Of a stretch of 64,000 nt of DNA, positions 60,731-64,000 are shown one piece after another; position 1 is the first letter of the stretch; each line of letters opens with the position of its first letter. Location: positions 11,149 through 75,148 of the forward strand of contig JABTUJ010000038.1 in assembly GCA_015075445.1 (NCBI GenBank). The letters are read 5' to 3'. The translations under genes and the position numbers were made by a program. Below the pieces are notes generated by a model. It was given only the letters and a program-made list of their open reading frames with translations. It did no database searches and was not told where the DNA came from. The stretch comes from Verrucomicrobiales bacterium. Lineage in GTDB: Bacteria; Verrucomicrobiota; Verrucomicrobiia; Limisphaerales; J093.

Positions 60731-61311
60731 ATCGGGCAGTCCGCACCGAAGTGTTTCCGGAACACCTGCCGCAACCTCCCGCGAGGCATGGGGAGATCGT
60801 TCTCGTAATCCCAATACTCCAGAATCTCGGTCACCTTCTCCATGTCAATCCGCCCGGCCGTCTCCAGGACCCGGAGCAGCTTGATGGTGCTCCAGCATTC
60901 AATGCCGTTCGCGTCCGCCACGCGAATCATGCCGGAGTCGTCGGTGATCACGGGGATGTCTTTGACGAACCCAACCGCCAGTGCCCTCAGGTCCTCGCGG
61001 GAGAGGTTGATCTCATGCTCGTCGGCATACGCCAGGAGGAAGCTGAAGGCATTCAATGCCCTCGTGCGGTCCTCGCCCCGCAGTTCAAAGCGCTTGGCCT
61101 TCCGGTCGTTGCGATACTCCGCGTGGCTGACCCATTCAAACTTGTGCCGCACCCGGAAGTTGCTGGCGTATTCGTCATCCAACTCTGCCAGTACATGGAG
61201 CGAGTACGGCGGCGGCGGGCCAAAGGACCGCTGCAACAGCGGTCGAATCGAGTTGCCCAGCCGGAAATACGCGTTGCTGTCGAGCAAGACGTCCTGGCTG
61301 GGCGCGCTCAT
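60727..61311 (-). CDS. PIN-domain putative toxin
   Basis: VLLDSN, ELDDE, SREDL..LA, VITDD acidic tetrad; translationally coupled to the upstream gene. Confidence 0.7.
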   Translation of the reverse strand: MSAPSQDVLLDSNAYFRLGNSIRPLLQRSFGPPPPYSLHVLAELDDEYASNFRVRHKFEWVSHAEYRNDRKAKRFELRGEDRTRALNAFSFLLAYADEHEINLSREDLRALAVGFVKDIPVITDDSGMIRVADANGIECWSTIKLLRVLETAGRIDMEKVTEILEYWDYENDLPMPRGRLRQVFRKHFGADCPI

Positions 61312-62444
61312 TTCGCCAGTTCCCCCGACAGGGCCTTGGCGTCGGCCAGGGAAACCCCGAGCACGCGATGAATGAAATGCTCCGATCCCGTTTCCTGCCT
61401 GCAGAAACCCGCCAACGCTTCGAAGAACGGGCTGCCAAAGGCCGAACGCGCGACCGCGATATAGGCTGCGGGTTCGGGCGGCAGCTCGTGGAACAGCGTT
61501 TGGGAAACGGTCTTGCAGCCCTTGACGAAGTTCGTCACTGACCCCATGAACCCGCTTTTCTGCCCGAAATCTGTCTTCGGCCGACCGTGCGCCGCCTCGT
61601 ATCTCTCGACCGCGCGGCCGATGGTATAGGGCGAAATGACGTGCTTGCGCGCATCGGTGCGGATGCGGGTGATGCGGGCACCCACGCCGGACACGCTCTG
61701 CAAAGTCGCGCTCAACCTGGCGGCATAAGGCTGTGGGAACAACAAGGCCTCGGCGAAACTGTCGGCAAAGTCCTCCCCGGCATCGTTGGCCAGCTCGGGC
61801 GCGAGCGAGTGGCCCAGTTCATGGGCCATCCAGAACTTGAAATCCACAATGTTGCTGTCCAGGTTCACGAACACCCAGGTTGTCTGAGAATCCGGCAGAT
61901 GGATGTTCAGGGCGTTGCCGTGATGCTCACGCGCGCCCCACAGCACCGGCACAAGGACGGCATGGAGCTGGTTGAATTTGTTGATGAGGTCCGTGAACTC
62001 GATGACTTCCTTCTCCTCCAGCCCCATCTCCCGGCGCACCTGCGCGGCCACCTCCTGAACGTAGGCGTAATCGTCCGTTGGATCCTTGAGTGTCGGCGGG
62101 TGGGTCAGTTCCTGCCGGGGTAGGTACCTCACCAGTCGCTTGAGCCATTCGCCCGTTTCCCGGGCGTTGTCAAGGTGTTCGTCCCGGGTCTTGCGATGCG
62201 ACTTCTTCCGGAACGACACTACCGGCACGGCGACAGCGGGCGGGAGCGTGACCAACTGCTCGAAGGCCAGCCCCAGCAGCATCCCCAGGCGGAGTAGCTT
62301 GTCCGGCTGCGGGAACGATTCTCCGGTTACCCATTTCGAAACCGCCTCGCGCGACACTTTCAGTTTTTCGGCCACTCCAGATTGGTTGAGGCCGGCCTTG
62401 ATGAGGGCATCCTGAAGGACGGAACGGTTGAGGGCCTTTTGCAC
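61308..62444 (-). CDS. XRE-family HTH fused to ImmA/IrrE (M78) metallopeptidase
   Basis: GLNQSGVAEKLKVSREAVSKW..G..P; SFRK; FWMAHELGH; ADSFAEALLFP; probable GTG start at 62444. Confidence 0.85.
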   Translation of the reverse strand: MQKALNRSVLQDALIKAGLNQSGVAEKLKVSREAVSKWVTGESFPQPDKLLRLGMLLGLAFEQLVTLPPAVAVPVVSFRKKSHRKTRDEHLDNARETGEWLKRLVRYLPRQELTHPPTLKDPTDDYAYVQEVAAQVRREMGLEEKEVIEFTDLINKFNQLHAVLVPVLWGAREHHGNALNIHLPDSQTTWVFVNLDSNIVDFKFWMAHELGHSLAPELANDAGEDFADSFAEALLFPQPYAARLSATLQSVSGVGARITRIRTDARKHVISPYTIGRAVERYEAAHGRPKTDFGQKSGFMGSVTNFVKGCKTVSQTLFHELPPEPAAYIAVARSAFGSPFFEALAGFCRQETGSEHFIHRVLGVSLADAKALSGELAK

Positions 62445-62475
62445 GCCGGCAAACTGCTCGAAAGCGGGAGGCGTG

Positions 62476-62676
62476 TCAACTTGTGTCAACCGGCCACTCC
62501 GCCGACGCGTCGAGCCGGCCTTTGAGTGATACCTCGCGGAAGTTGGCGCGCTTGGTCAATTCGGGCACGTCGCTATCGCCCTCGATCCATTGCCAGCCCA
62601 TCGCCTTGAGCTGCTCACAGAACGGGCGCTCGACCAGGTCGTAGTCCCATTTGGGTTTTGCTCGTGGCCGATTCAT
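62476..62676 (-). pseudogene. hsdR: N-terminal fragment of type I restriction subunit R
   Basis: LVERPFCEQLKAMGW..GD...ELT.R.NFREV.L.GRL, then the frame ends. Confidence 0.65.
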
Positions 62677-62751
62677 TTCAGGACGTAGCGCCCGGTCTTC
62701 AACGTGCCCACCCGTTTCACCAACCCAGCTTTCACCAGCGGTCGCAGCAAG
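62673..62751 (-). pseudogene. C-terminal wHTH remnant (Fic-like gene end) cut at the transposase element boundary
   Basis: LLRPLVKAGLVKRVGTLKTGRYVLK*, ATGA-coupled to the hsdR start. Confidence 0.45.
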
Positions 62752-63852
62752 AAGGGGTCAGTCCCGGCTATTGGAGAGTTCGTCCTTGACGCCGTCGCTT
62801 CGCCCGAGTAAGCCCTCCCCCCATGGCCCGCAACTTGAGAGTCGAGTATCCCGGCGCGATCTATCACGTCATGAATCGGGGCGACCGCCGCGAACCCATC
62901 TTCAAGGACGACCCGGACCGGCAGCGCTTCCTGGAGACGCTGGCCGAGACCGTTCTCAAAACCGGGTGGCAGGTCCACGCGTATTGCCTGATGCCGAATC
63001 ATTTTCACCTGGTGGTCGAGACGCCCCAAGCCAACCTGGTCGCCGGGATGAAGTGGTTCCTGGGCACGTACACCAGCCGGTTCAACCGGCGCCACCGGCT
63101 TTGCGGCCACCTCTTCAGCGGGCGGTACAAGGCACTGGTCGTGGACGGCAGTGGCAACGGGTATTTGCGGACGGTCGGGGACTATGTCCACCTGAATCCG
63201 GTCCGGGCCAGGCTGTTGACCGAGGAGCAAGCGCTGAGCGATTACGCGTGGAGCAGTTACCCCGCGTACTTGCGGGCGCCGTCCCAGCGACCGGGTTGGC
63301 TGCGGGTGGATCGGTTGCTGGGCGAGTGCGGGATCCGGCGGGACGACGCGGCGGGACGGCGCGCCTATGCCGCCGCCCTCGAGACGCGACGCCGGCGCGA
63401 GGAACCGGGGGAGTGGCAGGCGGTGCGACGCGGCTGGTTTCTGGGCGGGGCGGAGCTGAAGGATCGGTTGCTGGAGCAGATGGGGCGCGGGGTGGGCGAG
63501 CATCACGACGGCGACGCGAAACGGGAAACGGAGGAGCAGAGGGCCGAGCGGATCGTCGGGGAGGAGCTGCGCCGGCGCCGTTGGAGCAAGGCGGACCTGG
63601 GGCAACGGCGCAAGACGGAGAGGGAGAAGGTGGCCATCGCGGTGCGGCTGCGGCGGGAGACGGTGCAGACGTTGGATTGGATCGCGCAACGATTGCAGAT
63701 GGGCTGCCGGCACACGCTGGCGAACTGTCTGAAGAAGGCGAGGACCTACCAATAGCCGGGACTGACCCCGATGCCATTGCAGATGGGTTGTCGGCACACG
63801 CTGGCGAATTGCCTGAAGAAGACGAGGACCTACCAATAGCCGGGACTGACCC
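62752..63852 (+). mobile_element. Y1-HUH (RAYT-like) transposase element with GGGGTC-type inverted ends and a duplicated 3' end
   Basis: GGGGTCAGTCCCGGCTATTGG near 62754; inverse copies ending near 63769 and 63852. Confidence 0.8.
62823..63755 (+). CDS. REP-associated tyrosine (Y1 HUH) transposase with C-terminal HTH
   Basis: MAR.LR..YPGAIYHVMNRG..IF; YCLMPNHFHL (HUH); GHLFSGRYK; YVHLNPVRA; YAWSSY. Confidence 0.92.
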   Translation: MARNLRVEYPGAIYHVMNRGDRREPIFKDDPDRQRFLETLAETVLKTGWQVHAYCLMPNHFHLVVETPQANLVAGMKWFLGTYTSRFNRRHRLCGHLFSGRYKALVVDGSGNGYLRTVGDYVHLNPVRARLLTEEQALSDYAWSSYPAYLRAPSQRPGWLRVDRLLGECGIRRDDAAGRRAYAAALETRRRREEPGEWQAVRRGWFLGGAELKDRLLEQMGRGVGEHHDGDAKRETEEQRAERIVGEELRRRRWSKADLGQRRKTEREKVAIAVRLRRETVQTLDWIAQRLQMGCRHTLANCLKKARTYQ

Positions 63853-64000
63853 CGCTGCCGCAACGCAACCACACCGCGCCTGCATCGCTCGTGTACACCA
63901 CCGGCCAACCGCCGGCGGCCAAGCGCTCGCGCAACGCCCGCGGAGCCAGCGCGGTCGCGGGGCGCTCATCATCCGCCACCACGATCAGCCGCGGCTGCAT

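Noticed and set aside
63690-63852. Diverged repeat pair as a DGR template/variable repeat
   Set aside because: Substitutions are C/T and G/A transitions rather than adenine-specific, and no reverse transcriptase is present

Overview
GC-rich bacterial window, most consistent with Verrucomicrobiota of the Pedosphaera/Limisphaera type. The evidence is three H-X9-DG prepilin-type paralogs, an ASPIC/FG-GAP protein, a lamin-tail/CotH giant protein and secreted proteins ending in an '[FY][FY]R[LVA]' C-terminal domain; this assignment is inference. Core and metabolic genes include lpxD, moaA, cstA, a GH127-like and a clan GH-A glycosidase, an ABC exporter, ZIP, GlcD-like, ArgE/DapE, GT4 plus flippase, the AmmeMemoRadiSam trio, an ECF sigma factor with an AAA ATPase, a UroD/MtaA-family protein and tRNA-Arg(UCU). 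The mobile and repeat layer is rich: (1) a fully delimited 3,442-bp IS66-like element with an 8-bp target-site duplication (TSD), inserted into the loop of a REP palindrome and carrying a DUF4338/Mom-like passenger gene; (2) a Y1-HUH (RAYT-like) transposase with GGGGTC-type inverted ends, plus two 116-bp GGGGTC-ended miniature elements bracketing a glycosidase; (3) several REP families and hexamer/heptamer arrays, some translated in frame; (4) a rearranged defence locus where an XRE-ImmA/PIN pair occupies the place of most of hsdR; (5) a TcmP plus SPL-like radical SAM pair. Also seen are a candidate ~205-nt rod-shaped ncRNA upstream of the tRNA, an FNR-like box before moaA and a recurring leaderless promoter architecture. 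Several ordinary genes carry small frameshifts, so some may be sequencing or assembly errors. No CRISPR array, rRNA or reverse transcriptase was seen. All family assignments come from motif recognition by eye, not from database searches.
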